A stretch of 64,000 bases of DNA from contig CAVZJB010000005.1 in NCBI GenBank assembly GCA_963775425.1, forward strand, positions 704,001-768,000, read 5' to 3'. Positions within the stretch are counted from its first letter, which is position 1, and each line of letters opens with the position of its first letter. Positions 1-10,163 of this stretch are shown piece by piece. Source of the stretch: an uncultured delta proteobacterium (lineage in GTDB: Bacteria > Myxococcota > UBA727 > VGSZ01). The notes beneath the pieces are model-generated. The model was not told the origin of the DNA. It worked only from the letters and a program-made list of their open reading frames with translations, and made no database searches. The translations under genes and the position numbers were made by a program.

Positions 1-187
1 CACACCGTCATCGTCGACTGCGGCGATCTCGACGCCGACGAAGTCTCCGCCGTGAAATTCTGACGTCCAACGACGCGAACGCTGCCGCGCGCGCCGGGGA
101 CGAGCGCCGCGACGTCGTCGCGCGCAGATCGGGCAGCGCGCGACCTCGTCGGACGCGCCGTGATACGATCGACGCACGAGGTCGGGC

Positions 188-1549
188 ATGGAGCTGAACG
201 ACATCCTCACGGTGGCCATCAAGGGCGGTGCTTCGGACATCCACCTGAAGGCCGGGTTGCCTCCGATGTTCCGCATCGACGGCTCGTTGGTGCCGTTGAA
301 GGACGCCAAGCGGCTCTCCCCCGAGGACATCGGCCGCATGGCGTTCTCCATCATGAACAACTTCCAGAAGGAGAAGTTCAAGGAGGACAACGAGATCGAT
401 CTCGCCTACGGCGTCCCCGGCCTCGGCCGCTTCCGCGTGAACGTGTTCATGCAGCGCGGCACCGTGGGCATCGTCTTCCGCGTCATCCCGTTCAAGATCC
501 TCACCATCGAGCAGCTCAACCTGCCCAAGGTGCTCGAGAAGATCGCCACCGACGAGCGCGGCCTCATCCTCGTCACCGGCACCACCGGCTCCGGCAAGTC
601 CACCACGCTCGCGGCGCTCATCGACTACATCAACACCAACCGCACCGCGCACATCATCACGGTCGAGGACCCCATCGAGTTCCTCATCCGCGACAAGCGC
701 TCCATCGTGAACCAGCGCGAGGTCGGCGTGGACACCAAGTCCTTCGCCCGCGCGCTCCGCAGTGCGCTGCGTGAGGATCCCGACGTCGTGCTCGTCGGCG
801 AGATGCGCGATCTCGAGACCATCGAGATCGCCATGACCGCGGCCGAGACCGGCCACCTCGTGCTCTCCACGCTGCACACGCTCGACGCGCCCGAGACCAT
901 CACGCGCATCGTGGCCGCGTTCCCGCCCTACCAGCAAAAGCAGGTGCGGCTGCAGCTCGGCTCCATCCTGAAGGCGGTGGTGTCGCAGCGCCTCGTGCCG
1001 CGCGCCGACGGCCGCGGCCGCGTCGCGGCCGTCGAGATCATGCGCGCCACCGCTCGCGTGAAGGAGCTCATCGAGGACAAGGACCGCACCAAGGAGCTGC
1101 ACGACGCCATCGCCCAGGGCGTGACGACGTACGGCATGCAGACCTTCGATCAATCCTTGATGCAGCTCCTCACCCACCAGCTCATCAGCTACGACGAGGC
1201 GCTGCGCCAGGCCACCAACGCCGACGACTTCGCGCTGCGCGTGAGCGGCGTCGGCGGCACCTCCGACAGCCAGTGGGACCAGTTCGACGCCAGCGCAGGC
1301 GGCATGCGCCCGGGCATGCGCGCCGGCCAGCAGCAGTTCACGCCGCAGTCGCAGCCGCAGGCGCCTGCGCCGCCGCAGCAGCGCGCGTCGACCAACCCGT
1401 TCCAGCAGCAGATCCCGTCGCGGCCGGGCGGCGCTCCCGTGCCGGCCCCGGCCGTCGCGCAGCCCGCGCCGGTGGCGCGGCCCGGGGCGCCGCAGCAGAC
1501 GCAGCAGCAGCCGAAGTCCGACGACGACTTCCAGATCGAGCGCTTCTGA
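188..1549 (+). CDS. pilT: PilT/PilU-family type IV pilus retraction ATPase (stand-alone paralog) with Gln/Pro-rich C-terminal tail
   Basis: ASDIHL, Walker A GTTGSGKST, TVEDPIE, LREDPDVVLVGEMRD, AETGHLVLSTLHT, GMQTFDQ; no adjacent pilB/pilC. Confidence 0.93.
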   Translation: MELNDILTVAIKGGASDIHLKAGLPPMFRIDGSLVPLKDAKRLSPEDIGRMAFSIMNNFQKEKFKEDNEIDLAYGVPGLGRFRVNVFMQRGTVGIVFRVIPFKILTIEQLNLPKVLEKIATDERGLILVTGTTGSGKSTTLAALIDYINTNRTAHIITVEDPIEFLIRDKRSIVNQREVGVDTKSFARALRSALREDPDVVLVGEMRDLETIEIAMTAAETGHLVLSTLHTLDAPETITRIVAAFPPYQQKQVRLQLGSILKAVVSQRLVPRADGRGRVAAVEIMRATARVKELIEDKDRTKELHDAIAQGVTTYGMQTFDQSLMQLLTHQLISYDEALRQATNADDFALRVSGVGGTSDSQWDQFDASAGGMRPGMRAGQQQFTPQSQPQAPAPPQQRASTNPFQQQIPSRPGGAPVPAPAVAQPAPVARPGAPQQTQQQPKSDDDFQIERF

Positions 1550-1680
1550 CGCCGGCGCGTGCCGCGGGCGGCGCCGGCGCCGACGAGCAACACGCTCGGT
1601 GGCTGTCCGATATGTCTGTGAGCGGGATCAAGGGGCGCGGGGCCCCCCGTCGTGGCACCATGGATCCTTCGGAGGTTCGG

Positions 1681-2250
1681 ATGAAGCGCGCGCTCTTGAC
1701 CCTCGCCGCCCTCGCGGCTCTCACCGGCTGCATGGTGGAGCGTCCCTACGTCTCGCCGCCGGACGGCAGCGACGGCCAGGACCCGATCGCGCCCGGCGCC
1801 ACCAACCTCAGCGCCACCGACGGCCGCGTCTTCGGCGACATCGGCGCCGTGCGCAACTTCGACGCGCCCGTCGATCAGGTCGACGCGTGGTTCAACCCCG
1901 ACTGGCAGTCCACGAGCATCACGCTGACCGCCAACGACCCCCAGGGGCGCATGGGCATGGTCATCCTCGACATCGACGGCGTGGACCTCCGCAACGTCCG
2001 TCCGGGCACGTACACGTACACCACGCAGAGCGTGGACGCGTCGCTCGACGGCGGGTACGTGAACGTCACGGGCTGCTCCAGCTCGGTCGACTCCTACTAC
2101 GACGAGCCCGGACAGCAGGGCACCATCACGGTGCAGGACACCAACGCCGGCCGCAAGATCACCGTGGACAGCGAGCTCCCCATGGTGGACGGCGACGGCG
2201 CCTTCACCACCAGCACCAGCGTCGCCCACGGCAGCTTCACCCTCGAATAA
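1681..2250 (+). CDS. Hypothetical lipoprotein
   Basis: GGAGG SD before ATG 1681; MKRALLTLAALAALTG-C lipobox; codon usage typical of the genome. Confidence 0.85.
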   Translation: MKRALLTLAALAALTGCMVERPYVSPPDGSDGQDPIAPGATNLSATDGRVFGDIGAVRNFDAPVDQVDAWFNPDWQSTSITLTANDPQGRMGMVILDIDGVDLRNVRPGTYTYTTQSVDASLDGGYVNVTGCSSSVDSYYDEPGQQGTITVQDTNAGRKITVDSELPMVDGDGAFTTSTSVAHGSFTLE

Positions 2251-2259
2251 TCTCCCCGG

Positions 2260-3933
2260 GTGCTGCCCGGCCCGCCTCTGTTCGGCGCCCACCCCTGTGC
2301 CCTCACCGGCACCGTGGTGGGCGGTCGCTATGAGATCCTCGGCTCGCTGGCGCGCGGCGGCATGGCCGAGGTCTTCCTCGCCAAGCAGACAGGCTTCGAC
2401 GGCTTCGAGAAGCTCGTCGCGGTGAAGACCATCGCCGGCCGGCACGCCGACGACGAGTACTTCGTGGCCATGTTCCTCGACGAGGCGCGCACGGCGGCGG
2501 ACCTGCGCCACCCGAACGTCGTGCAGACCTACGAGGTGGGCGTCGACGGCGACACGTACTTCATCGCCATGGAGTTCCTGCAGGGGCTGTCGCTCGCGCG
2601 CATCCAGCAGTCGCTCGACGAAAGCGGCAGAAGCGCGCCGCTCGACGTGGCGGTGCAGATCATCCGGGAGGCCGCGGCGGGCCTCCACCACGCGCACAAA
2701 AAGACCGACCTCCAGGGCAAGCCGCTCGGCATCGTGCACCGGGACGTGTCGCCGCAAAACGTGCTCGTCACCGTCGACGGCGTCACGAAGATCGTCGACT
2801 TCGGCATCGCGCTCGCCAACCAACGCTCCATCGTGACGTCGACGGGCGGGCTCAAGGGCAAGTACCCGTACATGTCCCCGGAGCAGGCGCGCGGCGAGAA
2901 CATCGACGCCCGCAGCGACCTGTTCGCGCTCGGCGTGATGCTGTGGGAGCTCACCGTCCGGCGCACGCTGTTTCGCCGCGACAACGAGATCCAGACGCTC
3001 GACGCCGTGCGCGGCTGCGAGGTGCCGAAGCCGTCGTCGCTGGTGGCGGACTATCCCCGCGTGCTCGAGGACGCCGTGCTCGCGCTCCTCGACAAGGACC
3101 CCGACGCGCGGCCGGCCGACGGCGCCCGCGTCGTCGCCATGCTCGAGCACGTGGAGCTTCAGCTCGGCTTCACGCCGCGCACGTCCAAGCTCGCGTCGTT
3201 CCTCGAGGATGCGTCGACGGAGCGCTCGCAGGACCCGCTCGCGCGGATGGCCAACGCGCCCACGGCCCTGGGCTCCGCGTCGCTGCGAAGCGGCCCCGCC
3301 GTGGCGGTGCGCCCGGCGACGTCGCCGAGCGCCACGCTCACGTTCGGCGCGTCGCCGAAGAAGAACCGACGCGGGCTGTTCGCCGCGGCGGCGCTCGGGG
3401 TGGCCGCGCTCGTCGTCGGCGTCGCCATCGCCGTGCCGGAGGGTCGCGCGCCGCAACCAGCCGACGCGGGCGTCGCGCGCGCGGGCGACGCCGGCGCGAT
3501 CGTGATGGCCGCCGCGCCTGCCGGCGTCGTCGACGCGGGCGCCGACCAGGGCACCGTCGCGGGCGCCAGCGGCGCGGGCGCCGGCGACGCGGCCGTCACG
3601 GACGCGGCCGGCATCGGGGCGGCCGTCGTCGACGCGGGGAGGAAGGCGCGGGGGCACGAGCACCACGCGAAGCACCGCGCCCCGGTGCCGCCGCGCGTCG
3701 TCGACGCGGGCACGGCGCCGGCGGGCTTCGGCGTCCTGCGCTTCACCGACGGCAACCCGTATTACGAGGTGCACCTCGACGGCAGAGACGTGGGCCCCAC
3801 GCCGCGCTTCATCAAGCACGTGCCCGCGGGGACGCACCGCGTGCAGCTCCTCGCCGCCGACACCGGCGCCGTCGTCCTCGACCGCAGCGTCGAGATCCAG
3901 GCCGACAGGACGCAGACCGTCTCGGCGCGCTGA
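2260..3933 (+). CDS. Membrane Hanks-type Ser/Thr protein kinase with C-terminal PEGA-like domain
   Basis: RGGMAEVF, VAVK, HRDVSPQN, DFG, YMSPE, DLFALG; TM helix, Ala/Asp-rich linker, then VHLDG..VGPTP..VPAGTHRV PEGA-like segment. Confidence 0.93.
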   Translation: MLPGPPLFGAHPCALTGTVVGGRYEILGSLARGGMAEVFLAKQTGFDGFEKLVAVKTIAGRHADDEYFVAMFLDEARTAADLRHPNVVQTYEVGVDGDTYFIAMEFLQGLSLARIQQSLDESGRSAPLDVAVQIIREAAAGLHHAHKKTDLQGKPLGIVHRDVSPQNVLVTVDGVTKIVDFGIALANQRSIVTSTGGLKGKYPYMSPEQARGENIDARSDLFALGVMLWELTVRRTLFRRDNEIQTLDAVRGCEVPKPSSLVADYPRVLEDAVLALLDKDPDARPADGARVVAMLEHVELQLGFTPRTSKLASFLEDASTERSQDPLARMANAPTALGSASLRSGPAVAVRPATSPSATLTFGASPKKNRRGLFAAAALGVAALVVGVAIAVPEGRAPQPADAGVARAGDAGAIVMAAAPAGVVDAGADQGTVAGASGAGAGDAAVTDAAGIGAAVVDAGRKARGHEHHAKHRAPVPPRVVDAGTAPAGFGVLRFTDGNPYYEVHLDGRDVGPTPRFIKHVPAGTHRVQLLAADTGAVVLDRSVEIQADRTQTVSAR

Positions 3934-3948
3934 CGGCGCCCCACGACG

Positions 3949-5862
3949 TCAGCCGGGGTTGCCGAAGCGGAAGATCTCGGCGTGGGCGCCGTTGTCGTCG
4001 AGGCGGCCGACCAGGACCTCATCGACGCCGTCGCCGTCGACGTCGGCGGCGATCATGCGGCAGCGCCCGGGCGCCACGCAGCCGAGCGGCAGCGCCCCCG
4101 CCACCCGCGCGCCGTCCGCGCCCTTGGGCCCGGCGATGATGAGCTGCGCGTCGTCGCGGCCGCCGGTGTCGTCGTCGGGGCCGGGCACGACGAGCACCGC
4201 GAGCTCGGCGTCCGAGTCGTCGCCGGGCCGCGTGAAGTGACCGGGCGCGATGGCCACCGGCCGGAAGGGCACGCGGAGCTCGGCGGTGGTCTCGAACGCC
4301 TCGGCGCCGTCGAGCGTGAAGCTGCCGACCTCGAAGCCGCCGAGGCTCGCGACCGGGAGCAGCAACAGGCCGGTCGCCGGATCGGTGGCGATGGCGGGGC
4401 CGCTGGCGAGCCCGGGCGCGCTGACGGCGTTGACGTCGATGGGCGTCGCCGGATCGACGACGCCGCCGTGGGCGTCGATGAGGAACGAGGCCGTGAAGCC
4501 CACGGCGCTCAGGTCCAGCGTGCTGCGCACGAAGCGGTGCAGCTCGCCGCCCTCGACGGTGGCGGCGCACGCGGAGCCGTCCACGCGCGAGCTCGCGAGC
4601 GACGTGTTGCCGGTGAACGACACCGGCTCGAGCGCCGGCGGCGAGCCGGTGATCGCGAGCAAGTCGCTCTCGGCGGCGATGACGAAGGGGCTGTCGCCCG
4701 GGCACGCGCCGCCGGCCACCGCGCCCGCGCGCGGCGTCACCGCGCCGAGCGCCGCGCCGCCGGGGACCACGACGGCGCACCTGGATCCGACGGTGCCGCA
4801 GATGGGCTCGCCGAGGACGCTCTGGGCGTTCACCACCGCGCGGGTGGCGCCGCCGTCGACGAAGGTGCCGACGAAGGCGGTGACGGCGGCGTCGCGCGCA
4901 GGGGGCACGTCGGCGCTCTCGCTCGACGTCGTGAAGGCGCCGGCGCTGCCGGAGACGGTGGCCACCGAGACGTGCGCGTGGTTGGCGTCGCCGGCGGCGG
5001 GGCCGAGCGTGACGAAGGCCGCGGGCGCGGCGGGGATGACGGCCTGCGCGGCGGCGAGGCCGTCGACGTCGACGTCCGGGTTGGCGAACGCGACGATGCC
5101 CTGGACCGGCGGCGGGTCGGCGCCGGCGGCGAAGCGCGCGCGGGCGGTGACGACGAACGGTCCGGCGCGGGTGAGGCGGAGCTTGGTGAGGTCGACCGCG
5201 GCGGCGCCGCCCTTGACGTCGACGAGGAGCGATCCGAGCGCGGCGCCCTCGGCGTCGAGCGCGGTGAGGCGCACGGTGCCGTCCACGGGGGCGCCGTCGG
5301 CCTCGAGCACGAGATCGAGGCTGCCCAGGGTGCGCCCGTCGGTGGCGTCCTCGACGTGCGCGAAGGACGTGCCGCCGGTGAAGTCGCGCACGACGAGCAG
5401 CGCGGTGGGGTCCGAGAAGGAGGCGACCGCGCCGCGCTCGAGCGTGACGTCGACGACGGGCGCGCCCACCTTGATGGGCGGGACGGCGCCGCAGCCGGAG
5501 GCGACGACGCCGCCGGCTGCGTCGATGGCGTCGACGAGGACGAGCTTGTCGCCGGTGCGGGGCACGCGGCCGACGTCGCCGCCGTCGGTGACCTCGGCCT
5601 CGAGCACCTTGGATGAAAAGAGCGCGTCGCGGCCGACGTCGCCGAAGGCGATCTTGTCGCAGTCGATGCCCGCCTGCGCCGCGGGCGCGAACACGGAGGC
5701 GCGCAGCGTGACGTCGCCGGCGTCGACGCCCGCCGGCAGCGTGATGACGAGCTGCACGGGGGCGTAGTCGCAGCCGGCGAGGGCGGCGACGCACGCGACG
5801 GCGGCGGCGATTGCGGTCGCGGGCGGGCGCGCCTCCCGCCTGCGGGGCGTCGATCGGCTCAT
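3949..5862 (-). CDS. Exported lipoprotein with C-terminal FG-GAP/VCBS-like repeats
   Basis: ATG 5862 overlaps upstream stop (ATGA); lipobox AALAG-C; GHFTRPGDD..ELAV and [14 protein letters not shown] motifs. Confidence 0.78.
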   Translation of the reverse strand: MSRSTPRRREARPPATAIAAAVACVAALAGCDYAPVQLVITLPAGVDAGDVTLRASVFAPAAQAGIDCDKIAFGDVGRDALFSSKVLEAEVTDGGDVGRVPRTGDKLVLVDAIDAAGGVVASGCGAVPPIKVGAPVVDVTLERGAVASFSDPTALLVVRDFTGGTSFAHVEDATDGRTLGSLDLVLEADGAPVDGTVRLTALDAEGAALGSLLVDVKGGAAAVDLTKLRLTRAGPFVVTARARFAAGADPPPVQGIVAFANPDVDVDGLAAAQAVIPAAPAAFVTLGPAAGDANHAHVSVATVSGSAGAFTTSSESADVPPARDAAVTAFVGTFVDGGATRAVVNAQSVLGEPICGTVGSRCAVVVPGGAALGAVTPRAGAVAGGACPGDSPFVIAAESDLLAITGSPPALEPVSFTGNTSLASSRVDGSACAATVEGGELHRFVRSTLDLSAVGFTASFLIDAHGGVVDPATPIDVNAVSAPGLASGPAIATDPATGLLLLPVASLGGFEVGSFTLDGAEAFETTAELRVPFRPVAIAPGHFTRPGDDSDAELAVLVVPGPDDDTGGRDDAQLIIAGPKGADGARVAGALPLGCVAPGRCRMIAADVDGDGVDEVLVGRLDDNGAHAEIFRFGNPG

Positions 5863-6752
5863 GGGCTCTTCACGATGGCCTTCACGGGGCTGGTGGAGGG
5901 GCGGAGCACCGTGAGCGCGGCGATGGCGACGGTGGTGCCGACGACGGCGGCGCCGACGTAGCCGCCGATGGCGATGGGGCTCAGGTACCACGGGGGCGCG
6001 GTGGCGAAGCCGACCGGGAGCTCGCGCGGCCGCTCGGGCGTAGGGCCGCGCCAGACCTCGGAGCCGGCGGCGTCTGTGGCGACGAGGGACACCTGGAGAT
6101 AGACACCCTCGTCGTCGCCCAGGGAAGGCGGCCGCGTGACGGCAGGCACGTCGACGGTGATGTGGCCGCCGAGGGCGGGGGCGGGCGTGGTGGAGCACGA
6201 CGGCGGCGCGTCGGCGCCCTTCACGTGCGCGCACACGCGAACGGACGAGACCATGGCGAGCGGATCGGAGACGCGCGCGACGTCGAGGCGCACGGGCTCG
6301 TCGAAGCCATAGACGTCCTCGGGCTCGAGCTCGAGCTCGAGCGCCGGCTGCCCGGCGAGCGCGCGGCGCGCGCGCTCGAAGGGGAACGTGGCCTTGGGCG
6401 ACATCGTGTACGGCAGCGCGGCGCCCGGCGCGAGGATGAGCAGCGTCTTGAAGGCCTCCTCTGCGCCGGCGGCGTCGTCGGAGTAGGCGCGCGCGACGCC
6501 GAGGATCTGGTAACGCGCGAGCACGTCGTCGAACGACAACGGCCCGCTCACCGCCGCCAACGCCGACAGCGCGCCGTCGACGTCTCCGGCGGCGAGCTTG
6601 TCGCGCGCCTGCGCGATCCCCGGCGCTCCCGCCGGCGCCGGATCCGCGCGCGGGGCGTCCGCCGGCGTCGGGGCCGCCGCCGGCGCATCGGCGCGCGCGG
6701 CAGGCGCGCCCCAGACGAGGGCGGCGACGACGAGGGTGGCTGCGCGTGTCAT
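5859..6752 (-). CDS. Exported TPR-like protein with C-terminal membrane anchor
   Basis: ATGA-coupled to both neighbours; signal peptide ending ARA; helical TPR-like segment ([20 protein letters not shown]); PPWY followed by TM helix. Confidence 0.75.
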   Translation of the reverse strand: MTRAATLVVAALVWGAPAARADAPAAAPTPADAPRADPAPAGAPGIAQARDKLAAGDVDGALSALAAVSGPLSFDDVLARYQILGVARAYSDDAAGAEEAFKTLLILAPGAALPYTMSPKATFPFERARRALAGQPALELELEPEDVYGFDEPVRLDVARVSDPLAMVSSVRVCAHVKGADAPPSCSTTPAPALGGHITVDVPAVTRPPSLGDDEGVYLQVSLVATDAAGSEVWRGPTPERPRELPVGFATAPPWYLSPIAIGGYVGAAVVGTTVAIAALTVLRPSTSPVKAIVKSP

Positions 6753-8236
6753 GGGTCGGTGCCGATGCCGAAGTCCTTCATCTTTTTCAACAAGGTGTTG
6801 CGCGCGATGCCGAGCTCGCGCGCGGCGGCGCTCTGGTTTCCGCCGTGGCGATCGAGCGCGCCTCTGACGTCGACGGCGGTGAGGTAGCGCGGGTTGGGCT
6901 TCACCGCGGCGGCGGGCGCCGGCTCGGGCGCGGCGAAGGCGGCCGCGCGCTCGCCGAGGTGCCGCTCGACGTCGTCCTTCGAGACCGTCACCGCGCGCGT
7001 GCCCTCGGGCAGCTTGGCGAGCGCGACGTGCGCGCACGTGGACACCGCGGCGCGCAACTGGCGGAGCTGCCCCGGCCAGCTCGCCTCGCTGAGCACGTCC
7101 ATGGCCTCGGGCGCGACGTCGACGTCGACGCCGAGCATGCGGCCCTGCTCGTCGGCGAACGCGTGCACGAGGGCCGGGATGTCCTGCCTCCTGTCGTCGA
7201 GCGTGGGCAGCTTGATCATGTGCCCCTCGGCGAGGCGCTCGCACAGGTCGTTGCGCAAGCCGCTCTGCGACAGCGCCCGCTTGGAGGCCGAGATGAGCCG
7301 AAAGCGCACGGGCCCCGGCGCGCGCGACCCCTGCGCGCCGAGCGGCGCCTGGCCCGTGCCCTCGAGGACGTCGAGGAGGAAGCCCTGCGCCACCTCCGGC
7401 AGCGACTCCACCTCGTCGAGGAACAGCGTGCCGCCGTCCGCCGCCTGCAGCTTGCCGAGGCGATCGGCCTGCGCGCCGGTGAACGCGCCCTTCACGTGCC
7501 CGAGCAATTCGCTCTGGAGCGCGACGGGGTCCACGGGCAGGCGCGCGCAGTTGACGGCGACGAACGCGCCGCGCGCGCCGCTTCGGTCGTGCACCGCGCG
7601 CGCCGCGTGCGTCTTGCCGGCGCCGGACGGCCCGAGGAGGAACACGGGCAGCGGCGTGCGCGCGGCGACGGCGATCGCCTGCTCGAGGGCGCGCGCCGCA
7701 GGCGACGTCGCGCCCCCGGCCCGGTCCCCGTCGCCGCGGCCCGGCGAGCTGTTCGACGCGCTGTGCGGCGCACCGTTCGACGCACCGTGCGAGGCGCTGC
7801 CGTCGGCGGGCGCCGCCGCGGGGGACACCGGGGGAGCGGCGAGGAGCTCGAGCCGGCACGCGCTGTCGCCGACGATGACGACGTCGCCGACCTCGAGCGC
7901 GGTCTTTTCGAGCGCGCGCAGGGCGATGCGTGCGCCGGCGCGCTCCAGGGCGCTGCCGTTGCTCGAGCCGAGGTCCTGGTACAGCCAGCGATCGTGGTCG
8001 CACGACAGCGCCCCGTGCAGCCGCGACACCTCCGCGGCGTCGAAGGCGACGTCGGCGGCGTCGTGGCGGCCGATGACGGTGCGCGCCTCGTCGTCGAGCG
8101 CGACGTCCACGGGCGGCGCGTCCGCGCGATGGATGCGCAGGCCGCGCGGCTTCGGAGGCGGCGCCGGCCGCGCCGGGGGCGGGCGCTTCAGGACCCGGCC
8201 CCGGGCCGCCGCCGTGGGCTTGTCGTCGTCGGTCAC
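6749..8236 (-). CDS. FHA-domain sigma54-dependent enhancer-binding protein (FHA-AAA+-Fis HTH)
   Basis: FHA GR..SRLH..DLGSSNG; Walker A GPSGAGKT; GAFTGA; LFLDEVE; WPGQLRQL; [17 protein letters not shown]. Confidence 0.93.
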   Translation of the reverse strand: MTDDDKPTAAARGRVLKRPPPARPAPPPKPRGLRIHRADAPPVDVALDDEARTVIGRHDAADVAFDAAEVSRLHGALSCDHDRWLYQDLGSSNGSALERAGARIALRALEKTALEVGDVVIVGDSACRLELLAAPPVSPAAAPADGSASHGASNGAPHSASNSSPGRGDGDRAGGATSPAARALEQAIAVAARTPLPVFLLGPSGAGKTHAARAVHDRSGARGAFVAVNCARLPVDPVALQSELLGHVKGAFTGAQADRLGKLQAADGGTLFLDEVESLPEVAQGFLLDVLEGTGQAPLGAQGSRAPGPVRFRLISASKRALSQSGLRNDLCERLAEGHMIKLPTLDDRRQDIPALVHAFADEQGRMLGVDVDVAPEAMDVLSEASWPGQLRQLRAAVSTCAHVALAKLPEGTRAVTVSKDDVERHLGERAAAFAAPEPAPAAAVKPNPRYLTAVDVRGALDRHGGNQSAAARELGIARNTLLKKMKDFGIGTDP

Positions 8237-8348
8237 GGCGCCATCTTACAGCCAACCCCGGGGCTTGACGGAGGCGCCGCGCTCGCCCTCGCTCATCGTC
8301 GAGGAGCGGCACCAGGGGGCATGACCCGTCGTCGCCCGCCGCCGCGGC

Positions 8349-9053
8349 TCAGGGCGCCTTCCCGCCGACCGGCGCGGCCTCGCCGGCGGCCTTCTTCCCG
8401 GCGCCGCACGTGACCTTCACGTCCGCGGCGGCGACCTTGACGTCCTGCCGACACAGCACGGCGCCCGGCGCGCTCTCGACGACGAGGCTCCACGTGCCGG
8501 GGCCGACGCCGGGGACGTCGACGTGGGCGCTGCCGTCGGCGGCGGCGTCGGCGGAGGCGCTGACGGTGCTCTTGCCCTGGTGGAGCGTGGCGCGCGCCGA
8601 GCCCGTGCTCGAGCGGAGCGCGCGCACCATGGCGACGAGCGCCTTCACCACCGCGGGCTTCTCCTTGAGATCGAGGTTCGGCAGCATGAGCGGCGAGAGC
8701 TTGCGCGCAGGGCCGCCCTCGACGATGACGGCGGCGATGTCGTCGTCCGAGACCGACGCTTGCCAGACGGCGTCGCTGAAGCGGCGCGGGCGCGTGGGGT
8801 AACCCTGCGCGGCCGGGCCGTCGCCCTGGCCGCCGGGCCCGTGGCACATGGCGCAGCGCGTCTGGAAGATGCTGGTGGCGTCCGTCTGCGCGGCGGCGTC
8901 GACGGCGCCGGCCGTCTTGCCGGCGGCGGGGGCCTTGGGGACGCCGCGGACGTCGACGACGACGTGGACACCGGCCGCGCCGATGACCTGCGAGGTGAGG
9001 AGGAGAGCGGTGAGCACGACGCGCTTATGCCTCGGGCGCCGCGCTCGGGACAA
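8349..9053 (-). CDS. c-type cytochrome with additional beta-sandwich domain (start uncertain)
   Basis: CAMCH heme motif, GDGP, distal Met in SPLM; hydrophobic N-terminus. Confidence 0.85.
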   Translation of the reverse strand: MSRARRPRHKRVVLTALLLTSQVIGAAGVHVVVDVRGVPKAPAAGKTAGAVDAAAQTDATSIFQTRCAMCHGPGGQGDGPAAQGYPTRPRRFSDAVWQASVSDDDIAAVIVEGGPARKLSPLMLPNLDLKEKPAVVKALVAMVRALRSSTGSARATLHQGKSTVSASADAAADGSAHVDVPGVGPGTWSLVVESAPGAVLCRQDVKVAAADVKVTCGAGKKAAGEAAPVGGKAP

Positions 9054-9068
9054 GGGTGCGCGCCGGCG

Positions 9069-10163
9069 TCAGGGTGCGGCGGTGGGCTCGCCCGGGGGCA
9101 GGTCGACCGGTGCGGAGGCGTCGCGCCAGGGGCTCTCGCCGTACCGGGTGGCGTCGACGGGCTTGTCGCGCACGCGCAGGATGTAGTGCAGGTGCGGTCC
9201 GGTGACGCGGCCGGTGGCGCCGGACAGACCAATCTCCTGCTTGCGCGTCACCGGCGCGCCCTCTTTCACCTCGGGCTCGCTGAGGTGGCAGTACGTGGTC
9301 TGGATGCCGAGGCCGAGGTCGAGGATGACGTAGTTGCCGCTGATGGAGTCGCGGCTCTGGCGCTTGACGCGCCCCTTGGCGGCGGCGAGCAGCGGCGTCC
9401 CCGTGGGCACGCCGATGTCCGTCCCGTTGTGGAAGCTCCGCTCGCCCGTGACGGGGTGAACGCGCTCGCCGAACGGCGACGTCACCCGGAACTTCGGGTC
9501 GGCCGGCCACGCCAGCGTTCGCAGGCGATAGACCGCGAGCACCGCCAGCGCCCCTTGCAGCGGGCCGCGCCGCGCGCTCGGCGCGAGGAACTCGGCGTGG
9601 TGCTCGACGTCGGCAGGGTCGGGGCTGCTGCTCCGCTGCGCCTGCTCGACCGCGAGCCGCACGGCGATGGGCCCGAGCCACATCGCCTCGATGGCGAGCT
9701 CGGGGTTGTGGCCGAGCTGTTTTTCGCCGGCGGCGACCATCGCGGCGGCGTCATCGGCGTCGAGCTTCTGCTTGTGCGCGAGCGCGGGCAGGACCGCGCC
9801 TGCGCGCGGCGGCGCGTCCATCTCGCACGACGTCGGCGTGCACGCGCCGCGGGTCTGCACGAGCGCGGCGACGGCCTCGGGGTTCACCTTGGCCTTCTCC
9901 GCCGCCGCCACGATCGGGGCGGGGAGCGCCCCCTGCGCCGCCTGCGCGTTCTTCGCGGCGTCTGCGGGCGTGGACACGGCGATCTCGCGGCCCTTGAACG
10001 TCGCGAGCCACGACGGGTGCTCCTTCTGGCCGCGCGCGATGTTCACCGCGGTCTCGGCGATGGCCCCGAGCGGCGTCTTTGCGTAGACGGCGTAGACCAG
10101 CACCACCATCAAGAGCCCGTCGAGGAGGCCGCGGCGTCGACGAGGGATCTCCGTGGTGGTCAC
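9069..10163 (-). CDS. M23 family metallopeptidase with N-terminal TM and degenerate SLT-like domain
   Basis: GTG 10163 coupled (GTGA); TSPFGER.HP, HNGTD, YCHL, SGATG..TGPHLH. Confidence 0.9.
   Translation of the reverse strand: MTTTEIPRRRRGLLDGLLMVVLVYAVYAKTPLGAIAETAVNIARGQKEHPSWLATFKGREIAVSTPADAAKNAQAAQGALPAPIVAAAEKAKVNPEAVAALVQTRGACTPTSCEMDAPPRAGAVLPALAHKQKLDADDAAAMVAAGEKQLGHNPELAIEAMWLGPIAVRLAVEQAQRSSSPDPADVEHHAEFLAPSARRGPLQGALAVLAVYRLRTLAWPADPKFRVTSPFGERVHPVTGERSFHNGTDIGVPTGTPLLAAAKGRVKRQSRDSISGNYVILDLGLGIQTTYCHLSEPEVKEGAPVTRKQEIGLSGATGRVTGPHLHYILRVRDKPVDATRYGESPWRDASAPVDLPPGEPTAAP

Noticed and set aside
1653-1668. TGGCAC sigma54-like -24 box upstream of the 1681 lipoprotein
   Set aside because: The -12 position is CC rather than GC, and the implied start site would fall downstream of the SD; an extended -10 (TGgCACCAT) fits better
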